64,000 bases of DNA from Octopus vulgaris (GCA_951406725.2 OX597815.1:161076001-161140000); one strand, 5' to 3'; positions 22,308 through 33,930 are shown, counted from the first letter of the stretch. Numbers and translations: made by a program. Notes: generated from the sequence alone by a model not told the origin.

Positions 22308-23565
22308 AATCATCATTTAACATCCTTGTTCTATACTGGCATGGGTGATAGTTTGACAGGCACCAGTAGGTCCAAAGACTGTATCATACTCTGCTTCGAA
22401 ATTATTTCTATGATTAGCTGCCCTTCCTAATACCAACCACTCACTGAGTGTACTGGGTGCTTTTTTTTTTCATGGCACCAGCATTGGTAGGGTTGCCATG
22501 CAGCCTGTAAGACTAAGAACCCCTCCAAGTAAGTGAGGCTACAAAAGAGAGGAAGACAGCTTTATACTATGGGAAGTAGGTTTAAACTGAGAGAAAAGGG
22601 GATAGGACAGAAAAGGCTTCTTGCAGTATGAGAGTTTTTTATGGTTGCTCACATTCTGGATGAGAGGATGAGAGAAATCAGAGTGGAACTGGAAAGAGAT
22701 AAAAATAGCAGAGATGAGGTGTCAAGGTGAACTCACAAGTACAAGGTGAATATAAATGAGCGATAATGGAAGAACAGAAATTGTAGGTTGGTAACGGTTG
22801 AGTGATGGTTAGGAATCAGGAATGAGTGAGATGATGAATAAAATAAAGCATAAGTGCTGACAGATAACAACTAGGGGAGGAAGAGAAGAAAAAGGAAGGG
22901 ACAACTGTAGAAATGAGTAGGGCTGCTGGGTGACCAAGGATATTCATACATGACAATAATACATGACTTCGGAAGAGATAAGGAAGAGGAAATGACTGAT
23001 AGTGCAGAAAAAAAGAATGGGTGGTGAAGAGAGGCTGGATTATAATAATAATAGTAATGATGCAGTTAAAATGGGAAGAAAGAGACAGAATGGCTGAATG
23101 AGAGAGAGAAAGATAACGTGGTTGGGTGGGTTATAAGAGTGTGGGATAAACATAGCAAATGGAGGAGAGGAAGATGAATGATGGAAAAGGAGAAATAATT
23201 TGATGGCTCAGGAGGGTGGTAATCTATGTAAAATCTGGGTGGAGAGAACAGTATTGAGAAGGGAAGATGGATAACAGTGAAATGGTTCCAGATAATAAAA
23301 GGAGTAAATGGTATCAGGGAAAAGCTGAAGTATGTGGTTCTCATGTTTAATTACAGCAGCAGAATTAATTACAAAGCAGTTAGAGAGATGATGGGCGGTG
23401 GAAATTTCTTAAGGAGGATATTGGCAGTGGGTGAATATTTATACACATTGTGTTTCTTGAATCTCAATTTTAACGAGGTGGGTGAGTCTTCTCAAGAACC
23501 ACATATTGCCAGTCATCCTAGTCTTTTGTCATCTCCTCCATGATGTCAAAGATCCTAAGAATGCT
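22308..23565 (-). mobile_element. RTE LINE 3' fragment: ORF2 end, about 0.9-kb CT-rich UTR and C-type tail
   Basis: Minus 23565-23470 encodes ..IMEEMTKD*DDWQYVVLEKTHPPR (RTE C-terminus); C tail at 22308-22530; strong purine skew in between. Confidence 0.7.
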
Positions 23566-24121
23566 ACAGTAATTTTTAACCTGAAAGTAACATCTACAGT
23601 AATATATAAATGAGCAGAAAACTTAGTCATAAATAACCTGCAGAAGGAACATTTTTTTTTTTCAAATTTTGCATACACATTTGACTCATGATCTGTTTTT
23701 CACTTTTTTTTTTAATTTATTGTTTTTTAGTATCTCTAAGTTTCAAAATAGGAATTTTAATTAATATTCTATTGGTATTATTTAAATCTGATTCGTTCAT
23801 TTCCTCATCCTTCATTCTACAACTTTTTCATCAAATTTAATTATTCTGTTCTAACACTGTTTAGTCAGTCATATATGATATTGGATTTTCAAGTTTAATT
23901 TGCTATTTATAAAATCTGAAAATTCTCACTTCTGCTAATTCTCATCTCTTCAGCTTAAGATTTATTTGTTTCTTGGTGATAAGAATGATAGTGTGTTGAT
24001 CTGGATTATTTACTTAACTAACTTCCTTATCATGACAATCTTTCTGTTTCATTTAGAATTTGAGATATAGCTCCAGAAATAATAATAATAATAACAACAA
24101 CAACAACAACAATAATAATTA

Positions 24122-25054
24122 TTCTTTCTACTAATAGCACAAGACCTGGAATTTGTGGGGAGGGGACTAGGCGATTACATTGCCCCCACCACCACCACTA
24201 ATGTTTCACTGGTATTTAATTTATTGACCTTGAAAGGATGAAAGACAAAGTCAACCTCAGCAGAATTTGAACTCAGAATAAAAACAGACAAAATGCTATT
24301 AAACATTTTTATTGGTGTGATAACAATTCTGCAAGCTTGCTGTCTTAAAAATAATAATAATAATAATAATAATTTCTACTATAAACATAAGGCCTGGATT
24401 TTGTGGTGAGTAGGATAGTCAATCCCATCAACTCCAGTACCTGTCTAGTACTTAGTTCAATGACCCCAAAAGAACGAAGGACAAAGACAACTTCGGCAGA
24501 ATTTGAACAGAAAGTCCAGTGAAATGCTGCTCAGCATTTTGCCCAGTCTGCTAATTATTTTTTCAGATCACCACCTTAATAATAATAATAATAATAATTT
24601 CTACAAAAGGCACAAGGCCTGAAATTTGGGGTGGGGAGATAGTTGACCACATTAACCTCAGTACACAACTGGTACTTAATTTATCAACCCTAAAATGGAT
24701 GAAAAAACTAAATCAACCTCAATGGAATTTGAACTCAGATTGTAATGGAGAGCAAAATACCACTAAGCACTTTGTCCAGCATGCTAATGATTCTGCCAGC
24801 TCACTGCCTTCAATGATAATAATTATAATAATAATATTGGTTTCAAATTTTGGCACAAGGCCAGCAATTTTGAGGAAGTGGGTGAATTGATTACATCAAC
24901 TCCAGTTCCTCTGCTATTACTTATTTTATCGAATCCAAAAGGGCCTAAAAGGCAAAGTCAACCCCAGCGGAATTTGAACTTATAATGGAAGGATGGGTGA
25001 AATACTGCAAAGTATTTTGTCTAGCACATTAACAATTCTGCAAGCTCACCACCT
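24122..25054 (-). mobile_element. Array of four family B SINEs head-to-tail, separated by (AAT)n
   Basis: Copies at about 24122-24346, 24373-24576, 24598-24811 and 24836-25054. Confidence 0.8.
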
Positions 25055-25445
25055 TAATAATTGTATTAATAAAAGAATTTGTTTGAAGGAAGAATTGATT
25101 TTTTTTTTTTTTTTGTCACTGACAACTGAAATGATTTACATAGTATATTTTTTTATTGACAGAATTTACAACTGCAGGTATATTGTCATTGTTGATACTG
25201 ACATAGTTATTTTGAAAAAGAATAGAAAAGGGGAGGGGAAAAAAATTACCGATAGAAGGAAAAAACTTTCCTGAAAGCGTTTAGCTGATCTAGACATATT
25301 TTTTATTGTTACAATTTATAGCTCCTCTCAATCAGAAGTGTGAAAGAATTTTTTATGATATAAAAAAAACAATAATAATAATAATGGTCCAACAAAGAAA
25401 ATAACATATAATAAAGTGCTGAAGACAATAATGTAGATAATATTA

Positions 25446-25870
25446 ATTTTAAATTTTAGCACAAGGCCAGCAATTTAGTGGGAAGGGGTAAGTCAATTAC
25501 ATCGACCATAGTGTTCAACTGGTATGTGTTTTATTAACTCTGCAAGGATGAAAGGTAAAGTTGACCTCAGCAGAATTTTAACTCAGGTGGCACGTAAAAA
25601 GCACCATCCGATCGTGGCCATTTGCCAGCCTCGTCTGGCACGTAAAAAGCACCCACTACACTCATGGAGTGGTTGGCGTTAGGAAGGGCATCCAGCCGTA
25701 GAAACATTGCCAGATCAGACTAGGCCTGGTGCAGCCTTCTGGCTTTCCAGACCCCATTTGAGCTGTCCAACCCATGCCAGCATGGAAAGCGGATGCTAAA
25801 CAATGATGATGAAATAAGAACAGATGAAAGGCCACTAAACATTTTGCTCATTCTACCAGCTCGCCACCCT
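25446..25870 (-). mobile_element. Family B SINE interrupted by a + strand family C insertion (25588-25812)
   Basis: B homology breaks after ..TTTAACTCAG and resumes after the (GAT)n tail. Confidence 0.8.
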
Positions 25871-26633
25871 AATTAATAAATATAAATATTATTTTAAACA
25901 AAATTATAGTTAAAAATTAGAAAAAGTAGAAAACTCATAATGTAAATATGTAATGTAAACTCTGAAACATCATCACTATTTTTCCACATCCTGCTTCATT
26001 TTGCAAGGAATTTTTTGGTTCATAAAAGTTTGTCTTGGTGTTTTCTCCATTTTCTGATTATTTGTATTTGCTTCCTGATAAACTCTTGGTTATCCTGTTG
26101 TTACCTGCACTCTACGTACATAGAGTGCCTGCACAGCAATGCCCGGGGATAACACAGATAACGGATACTGATAGCATATACGGATATTTTATCCCTTGGT
26201 CAGTTATTATAACAGTTAACTCTGTTTATGCTGTTTTGTGTGTGTGTGTGTATGTTTGTGTCTGTGTTTGTACCCACACCATTGCTTGACAACCGATGTT
26301 GGTGTGTTTATGTCCCTGTGACATAGCGGTTCGGCAAAAAGAGACCGATAGGCTTACAAAAAATGAGTCCCGGAGTCAATTCGCTCAACACAAGGCGAAA
26401 TCAATTGATCTCAGAATCTCTATGATCTTATTTGGATTTTGCTATATTTACTTTACAAATAGGAGGACTGTTTCAGAGAAATATGCTTACTATATTCTCT
26501 GTACGTGTTTACATTTAGTGAGAAATGAGTGGTTTTGGAGGATTTTAATTCCTCTTTCAAGCAAACAGGTACTTATCATACCCTGACTTTTTATTATAAA
26601 TTTTGCTTAATTGATTTTTAAAATTTATATATA

Positions 26634-26697
<64 letters not shown>

Positions 26698-26709
26698 TGT
26701 ACATATATA

Positions 26710-26912
26710 CAGGGTGTAATGGGTAAATCGTCACCATTTAAAATTTTTAATTGCATGTATGTGCATTGTTTGTTTTTGATTTTGTTGACTACACAGTATA
26801 GTAGGGTCAGTTGGGCACCATCTGTATGTAAAACTGCACTGTGACACAATTTACTCTGCCAGAAATTTGTAGATGACATGCTGTACTGCTTGGCATTCAT
26901 GCCAGAAACTCC
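26710..26912 (+). mobile_element. Tc1/mariner-like 5' terminal fragment
   Basis: TA|CAGGGTGTAATGGGTAAATCGTCACC next to a TA microsatellite; no partner TIR in the window. Confidence 0.45.
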
Positions 26913-27055
26913 TATATAAACATTTCAGAGAGTTTGGGTGTTTAGTATTTCAAGATATTTTTATGTAATTTTGGTAAATATATCTGTTAAAATGAGATGT
27001 CAGTGTTATTTCACTTTTGCATTATTTAGACGACAATATATTCACCACAACACAT

Positions 27056-27120
<65 letters not shown>

Positions 27121-27325
27121 TGCATGCACGCACACACACACACACACATATATATAAGAATTTTTTGTGCAATTTTGCAAAAATTCTTACATACACATGC
27201 TGGCATAGAACCAACGTTGAACCCCTTATTCGCAAAATTACCAAATCTGGAACTTAACTATGATCTGTCTATAGCACTTATTCAGCATTACCTGACACCT
27301 TTGGGTCTCAATGACATCATTATCT

Positions 27326-27359
<34 letters not shown>

Positions 27360-28529
27360 ATTTTCACTCAGCCATTGCAGGACTAATAGCCTGGTGTGGA
27401 ACTCAATATACATATGCTTGAAACCAAAGTGTTAGACTAGTATAAAACAATAATAAGAAAATGTGATGACAAAGGGAAAAACAAACCATCTTTCTTTTGT
27501 CATCTCATTTTCTAATTATATCTTTATTTATGTATGTATGTATGTATGAATGTATGTGTGTGTGTATACGCACAATCGTACACATGCACATGCTCAAACA
27601 TATCAGGCTTTCAGTCAGTTTCTGTGTACCAAAGTCTTCACTCACAGGGCATTGGTTCAATCCAAAGCTATAGTAGGAGATACTTGGCCATGATGCTACA
27701 CAGTAGGAATAAACCTGGAACCACATAGCTGCAACATAAATTTCTTAACCACGCAGCTATGCCTCCTTAATATTTAAACATATTAAACCTATTCTTGCAT
27801 TGATACACAAGAATATTACTAGAAGGTATATTTGTATATTTCTATGTGTTTATTATTGTCCAATCTCTGTCTTTTTAATTATCCTTTTAATGTGAAAGCC
27901 AATGTTGAAAATTATATTAAAAATCATCAGACAATGAAATTACTTTCTGACTGAGAAGTGGATTTCCAATTATCCACCTTTCAACTATCATTGTACTTTG
28001 GTACCATTTTTCTGGTGACAAAGTATCTAAATGGTACTTATGTTGAAAGGGTGGACATTTCTATTGAAAAATTAAACAATTATTTATATAAAGATCAATA
28101 ATAAAAATGCAATTTTTCTATGATTAAAATGTTATCTCAAATTTAGGTCTGTCAGTCTAGAAAAGAACCAAAATCATTATTTTGTTGAATAGCATTTCCT
28201 ATATTGTAATGTTCTGTAGAATAAAAGCTACTTCAGTTAAAATGTGACATGTGACATGTTTACATTAGTGGTAATACTGAAAAAGATGAGTGAAATGATG
28301 AAGAAAAAATATCAGCAAACTTCTGGTGAAATGACAGAACTTGTAAAGCATTGAACCGCCATCATCATCACTATCACCAGCATCATCATCGTCATCACCA
28401 TCATATTCATCGTCGTAAACATCCTTTAGCGTTTATTTTCCATGCTGGCATGGGTTGGAAGATTTGACCAGAGCTGGCAAGTAGGAGAGCTGCATCAGGT
28501 TCCAGCTTGGTTTCTACTGCTGAATTCCC

Positions 28530-28656
28530 TTGGTTCCAGGTTCAGTACCACTGTGTGGCCCCTTGGACAAGTGTCTTCTACTACAGCCTCGGGCTGACCA
28601 AAGCCTTGTGAGTGAATTTGGTAGACAGAAACTGAAAGAAGCCCGTTGCATATATG

Positions 28657-28704
<48 letters not shown>

Positions 28705-28935
28705 TGTATTTTGTGTGTCTGTGTTTGTGCCCCCCCCTCCCACAACATCGCTTGACAACTGATGCTGGTGTGTTTATGTCCCCGTAACTTAGTGGTTTGG
28801 CAAAAGAGACCAATAGAATAAGTACTAGGCTTACAAAGAATAAGTCCTGGAGTTGATTTGCTCAACTAAAGGTGGTGCTTCAGCATGGCCACAGTCAAAT
28901 GACTGAAACAAGTAAAAGAGAAAAAAAGAAAAAGA
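28530..28935 (+). mobile_element. Family A SINE (5' truncated, fused to a C fragment at 28420-28530)
   Basis: Matches the consensus. Confidence 0.85.
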
Positions 28936-28975
28936 GAAAGAGTATGTTTGTATGCAAACATGTCTACATGCATAG

Positions 28976-29360
28976 GTACACTATGATCTATACACATGCA
29001 ATCATATGAAAAAGAAAGTGAACACAATATGACCACTTGCTTATCAGGAAATTTGTAAGTTCAAATTTTTTTTTAAGTATCACCATTATAGATATTTATA
29101 CTCTGGTGAAATTAAGAAATCAAATTGTAAATAAATGAAATCCTCGAATCCATCACTGTATACACACACACTCGCATATCTATGTATATATTTATGTATG
29201 TATGCATATATGTATGTATGCACATGTGGTTATATGCATAAGTACACTATGATCTATATATACATGCTGGTGAGAGATGATTTATATGAAAAAGAAAGTG
29301 AACAAAACAATATGACCACTTGCTTACCAGGAAATTTGTAAGTTTGATTTTTTTTTTAAA
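28976..29360 (+). repeat. Direct repeat of about 100 nt (28976-29077 and 29242-29360)
   Basis: GTACACTATGATCTATA..ATATGAAAAAGAAAGTGAAC..AATATGACCACTTGCTTA(T/C)CAGGAAATTTGTAAGTT occurs twice. Confidence 0.85.
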
Positions 29361-29530
29361 GATAATCAAACCAAATGTTCATCATTTCAAGCCACACACC
29401 CAATGAGTATTTCTGTCAAATGGGATGAAAATCCATTCAACCATTTTCTAGTTATTTTGCAAACACAAACAAACATACAAAAACGAGTGATTACAATACC
29501 CTGCTTTCACTTATGTATGCAGGATAATAA
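29360..29530. mobile_element. Possible Helentron/DINE-1-like terminal fragment
   Basis: GAAAATCCATTCAACCATTTTCTAGTTAT..(CAAA)n..GAGTGATTACAATACC followed by an imperfect terminal hairpin; recognised by pattern only. Confidence 0.35.
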
Positions 29531-29849
29531 ACTTTTGTCCTTTGCTTCTACATAAGTTGCATGTAATGTGAAAAATTTTATTGAACTCTATATCTCTGGA
29601 AATTATTATATTCAAACAAATCACAAGACTCCTTATCTTTGCAGAAATAAAAGGAATTGCACTAACATCACTTTATCATATATTCCCACTCTTCTTCTTC
29701 ATTCTCATTCTATTTCTTCATGTGAGACTGTGCAGAGAATATTACTAGATTTTAATCTAGGCTCAAAGCCAGAAATTTTGACTGAAGAGGATTAGTCAGT
29801 ACCATTATTTTCAGTACTTGACTGGTATTTTATTTTATTGATCTTGCTA

Positions 29850-30462
29850 TACTCAAGAAGACCTGTATTCTGTAGCAGAAATGTTAAGACCAGCCTGTCT
29901 GGTGCTGAAAAGCACCCATGAAAGTGTCACATAAAAGTGCCTTTATAGTGCCACATAAAAGCAGCCAATCAGTGCTACATAAAAGCACCCATGTAGTGTC
30001 ATGTAAAGTACCGGTGTGGTGCCACATAAAGCTCCAGTGCAGAGCCATGTAAAAGCACCCATGCAGTGCCTGTGCAGTACCACATAAAAAATTGCCTGTG
30101 TGGTGTCATGTAAAGATGCCCATGCAGTCATGTAAAAGTGCCCATGTAGCACTACATAAAAGCACCTATGCAATGCCACGTAAAAGCACCCATGCAGTAT
30201 CATGTTAAAGCACCCATGTGGTGCCACATAAAAGCACCTGTTTGATGCCATATAAAAGCGTCCATGCAACACTGTAAAAGCACCCATGCAGTGCTCCGTA
30301 AAAGCCTCCAACACACTCTTTAAAGTGGTTGGCATTAGGAATGGCATCCAGCTATAGAAACCATGCCAAATCAGACTGGGGTCTGGGGCAGCTCTCCAGC
30401 TTGCCAATTCCCATCAAGCCACCTTGCCAGCATAGACAATGAACATTAAATGATGATGATCA
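29850..30462 (+). mobile_element. Family C element with an expanded ~24-nt minisatellite, inserted into a minus-strand family B copy
   Basis: About 17 degenerate GTGCCACATAAAAGCACCCATGCA units at 29895-30305, then the C tail; B halves at about 29760-29845 and 30478-30600. Confidence 0.8.
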
Positions 30463-31234
30463 TCATCATCATCATCCTGAGGAATGAAAAGCAAAGTTAA
30501 CCATAGCAGGTTTTGAGCTCAGAATATAAAAAGCTGAAATAATTACTGCAAGGCATTTTATTTTATCCAACACTTTAATGATTCTGCCAATCCTCTGTCC
30601 TGCTCCTTCTATAAGAAGCACTGAAAGAAATGGACGTCCAGTGCTTGTAAAACTGTCATATGTAATGGCTCAGAAACACAACATCCTTTTATATTAAAAA
30701 GTATTTTATTTTCTAATTGGCTTTCTTTCATAAAACTATTTTTTTAATGTGTTTTCTAATAATGGCTAGTATCAAAGTTCAGCATATCCTATGCAAGATA
30801 TAATGCTAAAGAAATATTAAGAAAGTGAAAGAAGGGGAAAAAAATGAAGTATTTTTAGTTTCTGAACCAATAAAAAAAGTCGATAATATTTTTTCCTATA
30901 AACAAATACATGCAATTAAAAATGCACTCGTACATGAAAAGTTCTTTCTTATTTTATAACAAGCAACAACATTACATGAATAACATTAGCTGTAACAGCA
31001 ATATTGAAGAACAATCATATTTTAAAGCATAAAATTGATTTCCAAATATTTCTTTCAATTTGCTCAGTTCATGACTATGCAGAAAGTAACGCATGGAAAT
31101 GATAAAAAGTATTTAAATTAACTATTCAGCATAATAACAGTTTTTGACATTTATGCCTTTCTCAAAGACATTACAGAAGTAAAGTGAACTAGTTGTAAAA
31201 CTGAGGATCAAAACTAGGTCGCATAAAAGTTTTT

Positions 31235-31410
31235 TGTACAGTTGTGTAAAGAAGTGCCAGGCTCTGATTATGGAGAGTACCCATGGAAAGGGGTAGACCC
31301 AGGAAGACATGGGACAAGGTGGTGAGAAAGGATCTTCAGATGCTGGACCTCACTGAGGAAATGACAAGGGACTGAGAGATGTGATGATTTACTGTACTTG
31401 ATAAGACCCA
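31235..31410 (+). mobile_element. RTE LINE ORF2 C-terminal fossil
   Basis: CVKKCQAL..GRPRKTWDKVVRKDLQMLDLTEEMTRD with a frameshift and stops; the GRP..TW motif is typical of RTE ORF2 ends. Confidence 0.8.
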
Positions 31411-31411
31411 T

Positions 31412-31520
31412 GGGCATATGGTGTAGTGGTTAAGAGCATGGGCTACTAACCCCAAGATTCCGAGTTCGACTCCCGGCAGTGATCTGAATAATAATAATAA
31501 TATTGATGATAATAATAAGA
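31412..31520 (+). mobile_element. Short tRNA-derived SINE or tRNA pseudogene with an (AAT)n tail
   Basis: A box TGGTGTAGTGG, B box GAGTTCGACTC, loop CTACTAA; acceptor stem does not close; no poly-T terminator. Confidence 0.7.
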
Positions 31521-31599
31521 GATTTTAAATTAGTTATTTTCTAATTTATAGATCTGTGACTAGTTGTCACTTTGAAAACTATATATTTTGAATGGGAAT

Positions 31600-31830
31600 T
31601 TGGCAGCACCACTTCTAGCCGAACAATTATTCTGTGCTGATGAAGGGAAATAACTTGGAAATTGCGATATACAGATATTGTTTTGAGCTGAGTGGGGGTG
31701 CTAGATTCCCTTGTTTAAAAATATAAGGACACAAATCCTGTCGTATAGCCAACTGGAGATGATGTCTCCTGGGGCTAAATTACAGCAACATTCATCCTAA
31801 ACCACGACTGCCATGTTAGGTTGGCAAAAA
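31600..31830 (+). mobile_element. Penelope-like/retrozyme-like repeat with a hammerhead motif
   Basis: Hammerhead followed by GGACACAA..CTGGAGATGATGTCTCCTGGGGCTAA..CATTCATCC..CTGCCATGTTAGGTTGGCAA. Confidence 0.7.
31622..31682 (+). ncRNA. Degenerate type-I hammerhead ribozyme
   Basis: TCTGTG CTGATGA AGGGAAATAACTTG GAAA TTGCGA T A TACAGA: canonical core, stem I extended by AACAAT/ATTGTT, near-palindromic ATTGCGAT stem III, eroded stem II. Confidence 0.7.
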
Positions 31831-32884
31831 TCTTTAATCTTTCTTCCTCCTTACCAATTTTGAAGTTCTCCAAAAGGTAGATGAAGACTATACTTGCTTC
31901 AGAGTTAGAATTATGGTGCAACAAAACAGTATTATTCTGAGTAATATAATAAATATTACAAATGTAATTTCAAACTAAAAATTCAAATACTGGAGTAGAA
32001 ATTAATCTCATTTTTTGAATATTTTTTATTGGTTTAATATTATTCTTTATATTCTTTTTATTTTTTGTTTAGCCTTTTTTGTAATATTTAGATGTTGGTT
32101 TAAAACTGAATTCCTCTACTGGTTAATTTTTATGAGATGGATAATTTTAAAAAAAAAGAATAAATAATACCACATATTTTATTGAAGAAAAAATACACAA
32201 AGCAAAATAAAATATATTGCAACTTGCAAATAAGTCCTAAGTGACATCTTGACAGCTTTATTGATGTTAGTGACAAGAAACAGCACAAAACTAGAGAAAA
32301 ATTGAGTTATTTTAAATTTAAATAATTGTTATTGTTTCAAAATTTTATCATCCCCAGAGTAATACTCCTCAGTGAAGAAAATATTTCACAAAACGGTTGA
32401 AAATGGAAATGAATAGAACTGCAATTTATTCTGTAGTAATGCTGAAGAGAACCAACTTAAATATTCTATTATTCTTTGTTTTTCTACTGGCTAAATTCAA
32501 TTGGCTGCAACGGCTATGCTGGAGCACTGCCTTTAACTGGTTTAGATGATAATATCAACTTCAGTACTTTGCCTAGAACCTATTATTTCTGTTTCATGAA
32601 GGATATCGAAAAGCAATGTTAAATTTATTGTAGGGTCTAAGATTAGGGAGAAGCATGATACTCATCACTGTATTCTGTTCATAAGAAGAGAAAAGACAGC
32701 ATGGTGGTATCACTTTTCCAGAAGTGTTATTTTAGTTGGTCATATATGATAGGACTTTTCCATGGAGTTTTCAATTGATAGTGTTTCTGAAATATTTATT
32801 TATTAAGGACAAATATTTTGGGTGAGAAATGTTTAGGTACTTTATGGTTCAGGACTGTGTACAGAAATTAGTTGAGTATAGGTA

Positions 32885-33133
32885 AATGTCACTTCTCAAG
32901 TCATGCTGACTCATAAGGGCTGGGTTCCTGGTTTCATGGCATATATATTCCTCACCTGGATGGGATGCCGGTCAGTTGTAGGATTATTCATTTGTGCCAG
33001 CTGATTAGACTGGAGCAGTGTGAAATGAAATGTTTTGTCCAAGAACATAATGCATCACCTGGTCCAGGTATTGAAACCACAATCTTAAAATCATGAGTCC
33101 AATACCCTAATCACTAAGATATGTGCCTCCACA
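32885..33133 (-). mobile_element. Family D-head SINE, tail type G
   Basis: Same head and core; tail shared with 45405-45642. Confidence 0.75.
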
Positions 33134-33364
33134 AGTGGAGTACAGAACACTGTCTTCCACATTGGTATGAAAATTGCTAGAGGTGACAGTGTTTTATATT
33201 TTAATCTTTACTTGGTTCAGTCATTAGACTGTGGCCATGTTGGGGCACCATCTTGAGGAATTTTAGTTGAACTAATTGACCCTAATACTTAGAGCTAATG
33301 TACAACATAAACACTACAAATAATCCCAGAGTAGGTTGTTTAGTGAAAGTTGTGAACATTCATC

Positions 33365-33930
33365 TGTCATTTACAACACATTTCATCTATCATTTAAACA
33401 GGCTCTAACTCAGATTAGTATCCCCTCAATTCTGGAGCTGGCAGGATTATCCAGAAAGAGACCAGATGTTCTTACCCTCTGTCCCTGGGTAGGTACCTCA
33501 TTTGGGACACCACAGTCCAAGATACTGCAGTAAATTGGAGGGTCACTTTTTCTGTAACCAAATGGAACAAAGCCCTGAAGTATCAGGACTGGCAGTGAAC
33601 TATCTCTTCCTGCCTGGGATGTTTGAGACATTTGAAGGTGCTGGGCCACTAATGGCAAAGTTCTTGTCATTATTGGCAGCTCACCTTACCAAGGTGTCAA
33701 GTGATGCCTGTGAGGGTGCTTGGCTTTTCCAATGCCTTAGCCTTGCCATCACTCATGGTAATGCCAGAAACATGTTGAACTTTGTGGTGTGTGACCAACT
33801 GAAGCACTTCATGCTGCATTGATATTTTTTTCTTTTTCTCCCTTTTTGCTTTGTTTTTCTTTTGTAAAATATATTCCTTTTCATATTTTGAATAACATGT
33901 ACTTATTTTCTTGAAATACAAAAAAAAAAC
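33365..33930 (+). mobile_element. Fossil 3' end of a restriction-like-endonuclease non-LTR retrotransposon (CRE-like)
   Basis: ALTQISIPSILELAGLSRKRPDVLTLCPW and FLPGMFETFEGAGP..KFL..WLFQCLSLAITHGNA match the RPD..W-D and P..ET.G..G..QRLS.A..RGNA motifs; A-rich end near 33915-33930. Confidence 0.75.

Noticed and set aside
26083-26105. CTCTTGGTTATCCTG resembling the start of miR-9
   Set aside because: Seed and 3' half do not match TCTTTGGTTATCTAGCTGTATGA
29895-30305. Regularly spaced ~24-nt repeats resembling a CRISPR array
   Set aside because: Units are contiguous and degenerate, with no unique spacers and no cas genes; eukaryotic retroelement minisatellite
31412-31486. Functional tRNA gene
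   Set aside because: Acceptor and anticodon stems do not pair fully; (AAT)n tail instead of a poly-T terminator
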